Shown here: piece by piece, positions 12,779 through 25,355 of the stretch
How the letters are laid out: every line of letters begins with the position of its first letter
How positions within the stretch are numbered: the first letter of the stretch is position 1
Source of the DNA: Hydrolagus colliei
Lineage: Eukaryota
Direction: 5' to 3'
DNA: 64,000 nucleotides
NCBI GenBank assembly: GCA_035084275.1
Contig: CM068750.1
Coordinates: 10,602,001-10,666,000 of the forward strand
Translations under genes and position numbers: made by a program
The notes under the pieces: model-generated
What the model saw: the letters and a program-made list of their open reading frames with translations, nothing else
Database searches by the model: none
Told to the model about the DNA's origin: nothing

Positions 12779-14399
12779 AAGAAAGAATAAGCAAAAGCAT
12801 TTCAGCAGCAAGTGCCAGAGTATTTACTGAAAATGGTAATGTATCAATGAAGAGAGACATCAGTGCTGGTATAATCTCCCCTGTCACATTAGCCTGATAA
12901 TAAAAGAACATCTTGTCCATTCTGGCCTCTTGCTTATAATGAAATTCCAACCTGGTGAATGTTAGAAATGAATATAAGTGAGTGAAAAATCATTGATTCA
13001 AAATAACCCCTGACTTTATTTCTGCAAAAAAAAATCAGCTCTAACAGTTTAGTTGTGGACCTCAGTCTTTAAAGGGTGAATTGACCATTGAGTTGGAAGG
13101 TGGTGACCCACTTCATTAACCACTTTAGTTTTCTGCTAGTTCCCCAGTTTGTAGCTACTGAGCTGGGTTGGGGTGTGTACTATGGTGAATTAGCAGAAGT
13201 TGTGAAACAACAACAAAATTACATTTGTATAGCTGCAGTTTTGCAAATTCACAAAATGCATCTTGTGTGTGAATTAATCTGGTCAAATGGCTAACATCTC
13301 AGCACTGAAGCACCCTGCCCACATGGGTTGCTTAAAATTCAGCCTTTGGTTTATTCTGAAAAAAACCTAAGGTAACCAAGCAACGTGCTGTTGATCTTGT
13401 AGTTTTCCAGATTAAGTATCACATAAACCATGCCAGACTTGTTACATAATCCATGCTCGTTGAAGCAGTCTCTCAACACTTTGCTTTAAGAAATAACACA
13501 AGCTTATAATAACACAATGTATGGGTCCAATAATTGCAATTTCCTCCTTTTATTTTGTAACCCTTCAAGATTAGGTAAAAAGGTTTTTTTTCTCAATGGT
13601 AGATCGTATCCACTGCAATCTGTTTTGTCTTCTTTGCTCTGAGTAGGCATTAGCTGGTATGTCATAGTGCGACAAAAAGATGCTGGACGTGTAATGCATC
13701 ATCAGCATTCATCCCAGCAGCTTGTCAGAGTGGTAGATAGAAACTACTGGGGTGTGATGAATGAAACCGTGGCAATGACATCGGAGAACTATTAGATGGA
13801 TTGTCGCTGAGTGGAGAGACAACAGAATTCAAGTATTGAGGGAAACAGCTTTCACTATTGAATGAAAATATGGTTATTGCAGCTCACCTGCAAGGCTGAC
13901 AGTGACAGTGAACATCAGCGAACTTGCATGTCAGTGGTAATGGATAAAAATCTGCAAAATGGCAGAATTTTGATAAACATTACACGCTGAGCTATTGCCA
14001 GGGCTTATTCAACAAGGCTAGATGGGAAAGAAAGTATTTTGAGAAATAATGTTCTTTTATTTATCAGAAATAATGACTTGATTTGTATTTTTCTGAGTAC
14101 ATTTAAGACAGTTAAATTATGTGTTCTGACTTCTGAATAGATCTTCAACAATTAACAGGAAAGCATACACCTTTCACTTTTTTTCCTCGGTATTTTTTTC
14201 CTCAGACTGGGGCTTCAATTCCATCTATTCATATCCATCTGATTGCTTTACAGCGCCAGATATTCATGTAAATAAGGAAGGCTTGAAAAGCTCTGGATAA
14301 CAGAGGTGCCAAGAGAGGCCAAGGAGCTGGTGCGCTGATCAAAACATGGAGGTGCAAAAATAATTGGGAGTATCTGAATGAATACAAACATCTCATTTG

Positions 14400-14590
14400 T
14401 ATGTGGAAGGGTTAATTTGCTAACTGGGGCTGACACGAATCATTCCAAATCAATCATTTCAGCAGTAGCTTTTGAGCAAGAGGGATGTGGGAAGTGGTTG
14501 GTTAATAAAACATCTGTCATGACGAGGAGAGGGTTATGGTGAATCTATCCCCAAGTCAGGCTGATAGATAATTATCGCTTGACAAGCAAT
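14400..14590. promoter_or_regulatory. Candidate enhancer (Pbx-Hox plus Meis motif cluster)
   Basis: ATCAATCA (rc TGATTGAT) at 14449-14456, CTGTCA at 14514-14519 and TGATAGAT at 14562-14569 in non-repetitive sequence. Motifs only; conservation untested. Confidence 0.3.
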
Positions 14591-15087
14591 GCATTTTAAA
14601 ATTAAGATTTATTTTTTGTAACATTATGAAAGTCGAGATAAGAATAATATCTCTGCAATTCTCAATCTATGAAAATGCCATGAAAATCATTATAACAAGC
14701 AATAAATACATATTGTGCAGGGGTTGCAAAATGAAACTATGGACAATAATAAAAATTGTATTTCTATTGTACTAACCTTTATGAGCTTCTACAATTGTGA
14801 TGAGCTATTTTTCAACCCTAAGGCATAATAATCCTTTTCTTTCTTTTTAAATGCACTTAACACAAGCTTACAATGTGAGATGATCACTCAATTTGCATTG
14901 AATAATTTTAGACACATTTTGAAATTTGTTTTGAAATTGCCTGTTCTGTCAGACGCTGGAAGTTAATTTTGATGTTCCAGAAAGTATACTTTCTGCAATG
15001 TTGGCAGGGATTCATGCTGCAAGGGGTGGTTTCAGAAGCAATGTGAGTCACATCACCTGTAGGATAAATGTGGTGGGTGTAAATTAC

Positions 15088-15295
15088 AATAATCCCTGTG
15101 TCCGATATAATGCTACAATGTCAAAACACCTCAAAGTGCTTCACAAATAATTGCTGTCAAGTGTAGTGACTCTGTATTTGTAGAAACATGCTTATTTGCA
15201 TACGGCAATGTTCCACAAATAGACACGAAGTGTTATTGCATTGTCCACCCAAACAAGCAGACAGAACCTCGGTTCAATGCCACCTCCAACAATCA
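15088..15295 (-). mobile_element. Decayed Deu-type SINE
   Basis: aataatccc...cctcaaagtgcttcaca...tgtagtgactctgtatttgtag...gcagacagaacctcggttcaatg...cacctccaaca, collinear with the reverse complement of 42785-43241. Confidence 0.7.
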
Positions 15296-16022
15296 ATGTT
15301 AAATTACGGAGGAGTCATATTAGTATTGCAGGGTAGCTCCACTAACTGCTTACATCAGAGAAATTAGCTCCTGAATATAATGCATTTGTATCCACAATCA
15401 GACCTCTTCTATGCAGATATAGATACAGATTTACATAGAAATACTTTAGCCTCACTTCCCTTGATGTGCATTGGGTTTGGCAGGCAGTAACAGGAGAGAA
15501 CATAATGGTGGTGTGAAGCAGTGGCAGATTGAGGGGAGGATAATAATGCATCGCACAGCCTGAGGTGTCTCGGGTCACTAATCGCTGTGTAGTTGATATT
15601 GCATGGTGTGAGACTAACACCCCCTCCCCCCCAGTGGGTTTCTATTGCTGCTGATTTGGAGGTCATAATTCACTTAACAGCGATGAGCAAAGGACAGATT
15701 TCACAATCAATTCCACCTCCACTTGCCATGACAATTAACTATGACACAGTTCTTCCACTTCAGTCCTAGTTTTTTTTAATCTTTCCTATGAGCCTTTACA
15801 CATCGTGATAAAACCCTTCTTTATTTTTCTTGTCATTGATACATAAACAATCAAAGGACATCTGATAATGAAACAGATTTCATTTGCTTCCAAGTCCACA
15901 TGGTTATCCAAACTCAATTTTCAGAAACCAGCATTGCAAATCTGAAAATATCAACAACTTATCATGGGTTGCTGAGAATCTCTATCCATATCAAATAAAA
16001 ATGATATTCCAAATTTTTCAGC

Positions 16023-16400
16023 TAGGCCCAAGCTGGTGACTCTTGCTTCTGAGCTAGAAGGTTATGGGTTCACATCTGGACTTTATATTCACAGTCCAGG
16101 CAGTACTAGGGATGTGTTGCTTTGTTGTATGTTCTTTCCTTTGGATGAAAAGTTAACCCAAGGTCCCATCTGTTCAGGCATTTTATAAAGATCCCATAGC
16201 GCAATTCAAAAAGATAAGAGAATTTCTTCCGATCTCCTTCCCAGCAATCCCCCAGATAAAACTGATCATTCACTTCATGGTTGTTTGTGAGACATTGGCT
16301 GCAAACATTTGCAGTCACTGCACTTTCAGTAAATCCTGCAAATCGTGTTTTGTCATGTGATAAGATGCTACATTCAAATGCAAGTATCATTATTATGATG
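16023..16400 (+). mobile_element. Near full-length Deu-domain tRNA SINE (SacSINE1/AmnSINE1 superfamily-like)
   Basis: Head ctcttgcttctgagctagaaggttatgggttca, central ggatgaaaagttaacccaaggtcccatctgttcagg...aaagatcccatagcgcaattcaaaaaga, tail tgataagatgctacattcaaatgcaagtatcattatt. Confidence 0.75.
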
Positions 16401-16859
16401 ATGATGCTGATTATTTGTAAACCATTCTCTTTTCTACGTTGTCTTCTTCACCTGCACTTGGGTATTTATCCGGGGGGACGGAGCATGCCACACATTATAA
16501 AACAGTATTCAAATTCAGATTATTACTCATGTGGATTTCCAAGCATAAGCAGTGAGGCTACAAAAGCAAATCTGAATATTGAAATTCAAGGAAAGGTCCT
16601 TCTGAGTTCTTCATAGAGTACATTATTTAGCATATTAATGGGGATTTAGTTTCATTTAGTTAATCCACTAATCATATATAGCAATACATGGATATCAGAA
16701 CAATGGAGTGAGAGAACTGAATTAGTCAATATTCACAGCAAATCCCCACTGAAAGGAATAAAATATGTTTCCCAAAACTTCAGAATGCTAATAAATATTG
16801 CAAATTTAAAGGTCATTTAATATCTATTTCCACACCAAATGTAATTCATGTATGCCTTC

Positions 16860-16918
16860 TGTGAAGGGCTTTGAGACATGAAAGGCACTATATAAATGTA
16901 AAATTGGTGTTGTTGTTG
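16860..16918 (+). mobile_element. Solo L2/SINE 3' tail
   Basis: gtgaagggctttgagacatgaaaggcactatataaatgtaaaattggtgttgttgttg. Confidence 0.78.
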
Positions 16919-18796
16919 AATCTAATATATGAATAAATTGTCTGCTTGACAATTTAGGTTGGTAATTTCGATGAACTGATTGATTGTGCATTTCCTGATG
17001 CCTATATATGAACAGTTTTCGGCATTTTATTCAGCACTATGGCTAAAGAAACCACATTGATTCTCAAAACCCTGTTTATTGTGCAAAGAAAACCACCTGC
17101 CATTTCTAAGCACTGCGCATTTAAACACCGAGACAAGCTCTACAAATTGATTGGGAAGATCAGATGTGGTCACGGGTTGAGTTTGCAGCCCAGTATATTC
17201 GAAGCTCTGTAATGATTTCTGTCAGTTGTATCTTTAAAAGTGTAAAGCTGTTGTCAGGATGTAGGCCCCAAAGACAGAAACCCATTTCACCATACAACGT
17301 GGCTGACATTTTGGTAATTAGAGATTCTATTGCGATCTGATATGTCTAATACTTGTCTTTAGCTCCCGCATCTGCCACTTACAAGCAAGTCATTCGTCCC
17401 TCCATACCCAAAGTCATGTTTCAAATGAAGTGTATGATTAATATTTACTGCAAATTTGTGCCACTTTCACCCATTTGCACACAGAAACACAAGCTGTAAT
17501 TAAGGAGGACTGCCCGAGGGCTGCTAGCTGAGAAGTTTACCATCTCAGTGTTGGTTTGCTCGATGCAGCAGTGATTTGAGTATGTCAGAATCTAGCAGTG
17601 ATCCATTACTACTCTGGGACTGTGGGAGGCAAGCAGATGAAGGATAGGAAGAAACAGGTTGCGCCCTTCAAGTAAATCACACCTGTCACTTCTTATGGGC
17701 TTATGAAGCAAAAATCAGAAGTGTTAAAGCAGTCATTGTGCAGTGGTTTTGGCACTGCAGCAGCTGGTCCAGTGTTAACTGGTACTGCGGCTGTATTCAT
17801 GTGTAAATTTTTTTTGATTAAATAAAACAGCAGTTCATGGAGTCTGCAGAGATGTGCATGAACGAAGGCCTTGCCATGCATGTAAATGACTTAATTATTG
17901 GCTGAATCTATGCACATTAGCTGGCCACTGAATGCTCACTGTGATAAAACCATTGTGTCTTGCTCTTTTGCTGTTTGCTCTTCAGGAAATGAGCAGCTTC
18001 GGTGTAAAACAGACAGTGCTGCAATTTTCAGAACACAGCTTCTTCCTGTTGCACAAATACATTATGTTTACATTATTTTGTAGCTACATAAAAGCCTTTA
18101 AATGTGGGGTATCAGAAAGCACTCCTGTTTGGTATTTCAGGCTGCTTCCTTGCGGTTTCAGTTTTGTCAGCTTTTCCGCACAGAGAATAAACCTTTCATC
18201 CTGGGCCTTAATTCACCACACAAATACAATGCAACCTAATTAAGATGAGGGCAAAGAAAGTGAAATGCCCTTCGAGCAAAAGTGTTTGATCTTGCTAGGA
18301 TTTGTCCACCAGATTCCCAAACTTAATTTTTATTTAAAAAAACAATTTTTTTTTGCAGAATTCTACTGTCTTCACTGTGACAAATAATTAATGTGAAACA
18401 CTGAACACTGAACATGAGTGGGCCGAGTTTTCAAACATTAGTCAATCTACCCACCTCGAGGCTGTAACCTTAAATTGGAAAATCCCATTATAGGTAAATA
18501 TCACCAAGGTTCGTGAATGCACCAAAAATCAGACAACCTTCCCTAAGGGTCTCACCCATGTAAGTGTAATTCGTCAGGATTTACCCAATCAATAGATTAA
18601 CCACATTTTGCTCAAATTAGTACAATTTAGGTGCACAATTTAATATTAATGAGAGACAAACAAAAGAAACTCAGTTAACAAAACAAACTAAAACAGGACA
18701 AAGAAGGGAAACCATCCAAGTACTACCCATATGTGCACTGAACACTAGAGCAATGGTTTGGTAAAATTCTGCTTTATAAAATCATAAAATTATACT

Positions 18797-18905
18797 AACA
18801 GAATTGTACGGCACAGAAGGAGGCCATTCAGCCCATTGTGCCTGTTCTTTGAAAGAGCTATACAACTGGTCCCATCCCCCCAGCCATGCAAATTTTTCTT
18901 GCAAG
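18797..18905 (-). mobile_element. CR1 LINE 3' end
   Basis: acagaattgtacggcacagaaggaggccattcagcccattgtgcctgttctttgaaagagcta is the reverse complement of a shark-type CR1 3' terminus. Confidence 0.7.
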
Positions 18906-19619
18906 GCTTTGGGAAATATACTCATCATGGAGCTTTTTTTAGATGCATTAAATTGACATTTGAGACAAGCCTTTATAGTTATGGCTCATCTGTTCCACAG
19001 CATGATCTATGTTTACATTGCGGTTTGTTTCAATCATCAGTGTTCAACTGGCTTTGCAGTCGGGGTATTGTAGAATCCCCCTTTGCTTCTCCCTCACCAT
19101 AGTGACCTAACATTTAAACCTGCATTGACAGAAGTCTTTCAATCCATTAGACAAGCACAAGTGAGTGTGTTACTAAGACAGGGTTATCTGATTAAACATT
19201 CTGCCTTCACAGAGCAGCATTCACATCAGCTCTGTGAATGATGGAGCTTTGGCACAGGGTTAATTTCTCTGTACCTCCAAATCTGAGCACATGATTTAGA
19301 GCTCCGATAAACACATCACAGATCTGACTGATATGTGCACCTTGTGTTCCACTGGGATCCCAACCAGGACTTAAAGGTGAGAAGTAATGTAGTTTCTGAA
19401 AGCATTAGCTAGCCATTCAGTCTTGTTTTGGAAAAGCAGGATTGATAAATAAGTCAAATTGCGTATCTGCAACACACTTCCATACAGTGCATAGTTTAGA
19501 AGTTTTCTGTTGCAAATGAAAGTTTGCGAATACTGTATAGAATCAAAAGGAAGCATTTAACGGAACCTAATGCAAGCCTGAGTCTACTGCTTACGTTGGT
19601 TTTCTACCACATTTTCTAT

Positions 19620-19885
19620 TACCTCCTGATAACCAATCATTCTTCATCAGGCTATTTGAGCATGATGGATTGGAATGAAAACTGAACTTGATTCTGACAT
19701 TACCAGATTTCCACATGCATAAATCCCTCCCATAAGGGATTATGGTCAGCAATCAGCAGGAAAAATCTTGGCTGATTTTTCTTCTTTTACCCGAATCCTG
19801 AGGACAATTATAGTGTCCCAACTGCAGGAGAGGAAACAAATCCAGTATTGTTCAAGTTTATATGGCTCTGCACCACACTGGTGAT
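19620..19885 (-). mobile_element. AmnSINE2-like ancient SINE relic
   Basis: Reverse complement contains in order cagtgtggtgcagagccata, ctataattgtcctcag, aaaaatcagcca, caaatagcctg and atgaagaatg, as in the AmnSINE2 consensus from memory; shares blocks with 53095-53250 and 54030-54200. Confidence 0.55.
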
Positions 19886-21044
19886 TAATTCATATTTGAA
19901 GTCAATTTTGCAATAAAATATTGTTTCGGCAATCCTGAATTGGATTACTGTCTGGATTACTCGTGTGTACTTTAACATGTCTTTATTTTGGTGTTGTCAA
20001 GATTTTTCTCATATTCTCAGATTCTACAGATATGAATATTTGTTATGAAGTAAAGCACTTGCGTTCCATGGGAAAATACATTTTTGGATTAATTTTTTAA
20101 TTAAAAAAAGATACAGCATTATGCATGCACTAATGTTAATTTCCAATCCCCCCCCCATTTCACCGTTCAGGATAAAACAGATTACTGTATATGCAGAAAA
20201 TACAGGATTCCCAAATGTATTCTTTATAATCAATAAAGGTGCAGCCAATCCCTTTGGAACTTTATTACAGTACTGTATTGGTACAAAGTTTATTCTATCT
20301 ACTGTAGCCATGCACCACAATAATTGCCATTAGAAACATGAAGCAAAACACTATTTGTATGCAAGAAACACTGTCTGTAACTTCTATGTACTCTAGAAAG
20401 CTCAGCTAGAACATGTTATTGATGGTTGTTTGTGGGACAGTGCAGCTGGTGTTCTGTACAGTATTAAGTACCTGTTTTACCTTGGCTGCTGGAACAAGAC
20501 TGAGAGCTGTTACAAGATCCACATCAAAGACACTTTGTAACTATCTGGCAGACACTGCAAGTGACTGAGCATCTGTCCTCTGCTCAGCCCCTCCTCACAA
20601 AGGTACAACTCACATCAATAATTTACATTGTGGGGAATCTCAGACACAATACCCACTCTCTCAACTGTCTTTCCAAAAATAATTATGCTATCATTGGTTA
20701 TTTGAGTCTTGATTTGAAGTATAAAAGCTTTATATGTTGTATTTTAAAACAAGTAAGACCGCATGCTGCATTGATAAATAATATGAGAAAGGAGTTTCCT
20801 TTTCATCCATTACCAAGTGGGATTAATTTTTCGACCTTTCTTTGGATTAAATCTTTGGTTAATTAATTCAGACAATTATATCTTTGTCACAATATTTTTC
20901 AAGTACTAAATACAGAAGACAAATTTCAGTTTTGTTCAAGAAAAACATCTTGAATCAACTTAGGATCCAACAGTTCAAAAGTCCAAAAGATTGCAACTGA
21001 ACATCAAATTCTATCTAAGAGAGATAATAATACTACAGTATTAC

Positions 21045-21190
21045 AAATAATAATCCTTACATTTGAAATAATGCCTAAACATATCACATAAATTGTCTCA
21101 AATTGTTTCACAAGATTTACTGGGAAGTAAAGTAACTACTTTAGGTTATGCATCACACAGCACTGTCCCGCAAACAGCCATCAACAACCA
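21045..21190 (-). mobile_element. SINE 3' fragment
   Basis: aataataatccttacatttg...gtctcaaattgtttcaca...cacacagcactgtcccgcaaacagccatc. Confidence 0.65.
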
Positions 21191-22234
21191 CAAATTACAT
21201 TTTTAATCTTAATCACTCTAAATGGGAAAACTCATACTCGTCCAAAACAAACTGTTACACTGTCCGTACAGGTTCAGCTCTTTTATTGCCCATATCCATG
21301 ATTTTCTCATAAACAGTGTTACCACCTACAGACTAGACTCTACAGCAAGATCACTATACACCCACATTTATATCCAGCAAGCTTTATTTTAAGTAAACTT
21401 TAAAAAAATCGCAATGAACCTGGGTTTCAGAATCAATGGTTGTTTATGTTTGTTGGTTGTGATCAACCAGCCCTAATGCCAGTATGCTTTGCACAGATAA
21501 TCTATACTTTTTTTTGGCTAGAATACAAAAGTATTTGTTTCATGTGACAAGAGTGACCTCAAGTGTGCCACAACGTCATTAGTGTTCACTTTGAACATGA
21601 TCTTGATCTTTCCTGTAATGATTGCAAAGCAAGCCTGTATATATAAGTAATAAATATGTAATAAAGATTGTTCCTCAAATGTTTCAAACTTTATAGACTT
21701 ACTTTTGCACAAAACACCATTGGAAGTTCACATTGAAATTTGGCAAATGTATCTGAATATTAAATGAAAAGTGCATATTCAAACACATTTATTATAAGTC
21801 CTATCTTATATTTTATCTTGCTTATTTTGGCCTAATATTTTGCCTTGAAAATATAGTATTGTTTGACTTTCTGAATAATGGGGAAAAAGTAGATTACAGA
21901 CTCTTTATAATTGGCCAATATTGTTGAGACCGACATCTACTGAAGTTCATCCAGCTCGCTTTACAAGGTTTCTTCATTGTATCGCACTTCCTTAAATGTC
22001 AAAGCTAATCCCATGGACCAATGTAAAATATCCCTGAACTTTATAGGGATGCAATTAGGAATAAATATATGAAAGGAGGGTAGTATTCTTTTTGGTTGGC
22101 ATTTCTGGAAAATCACTTTACACCTCTATAATCTTCCAAACACTTTCAACTCTTAAAACTCAGCACAGCAGTTGCATTCAAAACCGTCAACTTTGACAGG
22201 AATGAACGACAGGGTCTAACATGCAGCCTTTTCT

Positions 22235-22292
22235 AACAACAACGCTACATTTTTACAGCGCCCCTCATGCAGGGTAGCATGTCAGAGCACTT
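22235..22292 (-). mobile_element. Solo L2 3' tail
   Basis: aacaacaacgctacatttttacagcgcccctcatgcagggtagcatgtcagagcactt. Confidence 0.7.
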
Positions 22293-22795
22293 GATTATCA
22301 AGATTCTTTAATAAGAAAGCATCAAGCTGACTTAAGGAAGCTTTGGCCTGACCGATCTATCTCAGTTCCCACGGATCTTCCAGTTATTGGAAGGGATCTT
22401 GTTGTTTGAATTGTCTGATTTGAAGAATGGTCATATATATTCCACATCGATGATGTGTTATGTAGCATTATATGCAGCATTTTCAGCATTTTACAGCTTG
22501 AACACATTTGACCTGTGCTGTTTGCCTTCCTGCATTGCAACAGGAACAGGTTACTATTGAATTATCAATCAAGCCTTTTTGCACACACAGATAAGTGATG
22601 GCGGGTCATCAATCCACTGGAGCAGATAACTCTCCAGGTATAGTCTAGCTGTAGTACAAATTAGTAATGTAGATGTTTGCACTGAAGCCTCCATCTGTGG
22701 GAGTGTGTATAACCCCTTTCCCCTGCTGGCATAGGCAAAATACACCAAGATAATAAATGCCTTGAGATGATTTGACTGCTGCATTTGTCACTCTT

Positions 22796-22870
22796 ACATA
22801 CAACAACAACTCCGATTTATATAGCGCTCTCCACGCCGGACGGCGTCTCAGAGCGCTTGAACACACAACA
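22796..22870 (-). mobile_element. Very short young L2 insertion (tail only) with probable 10-bp TSD
   Basis: CpG-intact tail caacaactccgatttatatagcgctctccacgccggacggcgtctcagagcgctt flanked by acatacaaca (22796-22805) and acacacaaca (22861-22870), 9/10 identical. Confidence 0.85.
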
Positions 22871-23410
22871 GCAATTTACCTGGTTTGCTCGACTGAAAAA
22901 CATGATTTTTGTACAGACAGAAAGAAGAACGAGTTCATCAATGTTTTCTGGTGGGCGGGCACTTCCGACAAGTTGGGACAGGGGCAAGAAGCGGCCCACG
23001 GGTGTTGTCAGGAGAGGTTTGTCCCACACTGGCATTTCTCCTCAATGATCCGGTTAAAGACGAATGCCATGTTGAGAATATATATAGCATGACTCTCCGA
23101 CACAGCACGTTCATTCTTTAACCTGCTTCCGTGCTGTGTTTCCCAATTTCATTTTCTTCTTAATTGTCTTCTGTATGTCACTGCAAACCCCAGCACACCA
23201 CAGTGAAAGATTGAGGGGTGAAATGTTGTACCTCGATCATTCCAGTTATGCCTGATCCATTTAAATACAAAGCCTTTCTTGAAAGGCTTCTCTCGATTGT
23301 TTTCTACTTTTAATGCTCGCTGCATTAAAACACTTTGTGTGTAACATGTTACGTTTTATTTCTTTGATTTTCTTTGGGTTTAATTTCTGAATAAGGATTA
23401 ATTGGGCTGC

Positions 23411-23480
23411 AGTGAAATGATCCGAGACGCTACCCTACGTGAAGTGCGCTACATAAATCCAAGTTATTATTATTATAATA
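23411..23480 (+). mobile_element. Solo L2/SINE 3' tail
   Basis: gtgaaatgatccgagacgctaccctacgtgaagtgcgctacataaatccaagttattattattata. Confidence 0.7.
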
Positions 23481-25299
23481 GCTATCCACAAATTAGTTCT
23501 CTGAGTGCAATTTCTAGAAATTGTGATTCCACCCAAAGGATTTCATTGCAGTGAGTTCTCATAAAATACAAATCATCAGTACCACAGTAGTCTCAGTCAT
23601 TTGTCTTGTGTGACATATCTTTACCTGTTTCACTCGCCTCTGTTCTTCGTGGAATTTGGGGAGAAACAAGCACGAAGAGCAGACTGATTGACTTCATTCT
23701 GTTTTTCATGGATGTTAAGAGCAGAATAGTATCCCAAGTCCCCAGATGATCCCGAGCTCAATTTCAAATGAAACTGCAGTTGAGGATTGGAAGTTTTGTA
23801 ATGCAAGATGGTGAAAGAAGTAATACAAATCTTTTTTTTACCATTTTGATGTGGGATAAATATCAAACCTTTATTTAACTTTCTTTTGAATAATTGAATT
23901 CACGTACTGTATAGGCATTTCAGGGTTGATAAAAAAAATGCTGAAATGACCAACACACAAGATTAAAAATACAGGGAGAATAAAGTTGCTTGCTGTGGTA
24001 AACCGCTAAAACCATTGCACTGTAACATGTTGATCTGCAAGCGAATGTTATGCAAAGATAAATAGATAAATATTATGACATATGATTTTTTTTAATAGAG
24101 CAACCTGTGTTGATGAAACAATCATGCAATCAGATTCAGTATTGTGTTAAATGTTGATTTCTGTTTTTAAATTCTTGGTTTCAATTCTGCTGTGTGACAC
24201 TGCACCCATTAGGGAACTCCTCCAGTGTTGTAAAAGTGCAGCCCTGATTCATGATTTACACAGGGACATTTTATTTCTCTTCTTAGACCCTTGTTCTTTT
24301 CTCGTTCCAAGTGCATCGCAGTGAAAATGAATGGGTTTGAAAGGTACTGATATTTATTTGTGCATAAAATGCCCCCCATCAAGCAGATGTAGTCTGAGAA
24401 TGTTTGTTGTAACTTCCCTTTTGTTAAAGAATCAGCAAAAGGAATCAAGTTCTAGTGGTGAACATTGGCATTTCACTGAGTAATTCATCTGCTGCTCAGG
24501 GAGTGGAAATTATGTTGTTTCTTGTCAGTGTTTCACATACAGACATAGAAAATCAGCAATCGTCTGCATTAAGTTAGCAAACTGCAACACTGTTCAGCTG
24601 ATTGTTAAGAAAAAAATAGTTGGCCTTAATGAAAACCAATAAAGATTAATCCAATATTGCAGATTTATATCAGATAAGTAAAATATTCAACAAAAGTACA
24701 ATTAGTATTTGTGTTTCTTCACATTTTATTTTTTGACTGTTTACATGCAAGATAAAGCAGATAAATTATTTGTAAGCATTATATAAAATAACAAGATAAC
24801 TTTGCAGGAACGGTATCAGCAGCTAACAGTAATAATCCCACAATCTGGGCTATAGTTCAATTAAATCTTGGGCAGATCAATAAGTAACTGTGACACTTCC
24901 GTATAACACGAAAGTCTTGAATAATGTAAAAGACCGAGCTATGTGATGGTGATTGGTGAAAAGCTAACCCAATGCTTGCAGTGACTGCAGAGAAACTGAC
25001 CAGTCAAGACATCGTTAATAACCTGTGGAGCACTGGAAAATAGCACTTTCTAAATCTGTAAAGGAAGACACTAGCACACAAGCTGCAAAACTGATGGGTG
25101 AAACATGTGAGCTGACAGAAAAACAAAGTAACCTAAAGTTGGGTTGTCAATAAGCGTGCAGAAAAGCCTGAAATGTATCTATCCGCAAACAGAATAGGCT
25201 TATATATCCTACATGCTTGCAATCATCACTGGCACAACAGCCCTAGACAAACAAAATGAACAGCATAGAATCAAACCTGTTTGAGGGCAATTATATTCT

Positions 25300-25355
25300 C
25301 TCCTTCACTCTCTCTCTCTCTTTCTCTCTGTCTCGTACACACACACACTCACACA
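25300..25355. repeat. Compound (CT)n-(CA)n microsatellite
   Basis: ctctctctctctctttctctctgtctcgtacacacacacactcacac. Confidence 0.9.

Noticed and set aside
20417-21189. About 30-bp inverted match between 20417-20446 and 21160-21189
   Set aside because: Both are fragments of the common SINE core in opposite orientations.
22796-23160. Chimeric retrocopy (unique sequence fused to an L2 tail)
   Set aside because: The tail alone is bounded by a probable TSD, so the adjacent unique sequence is flank rather than cargo.
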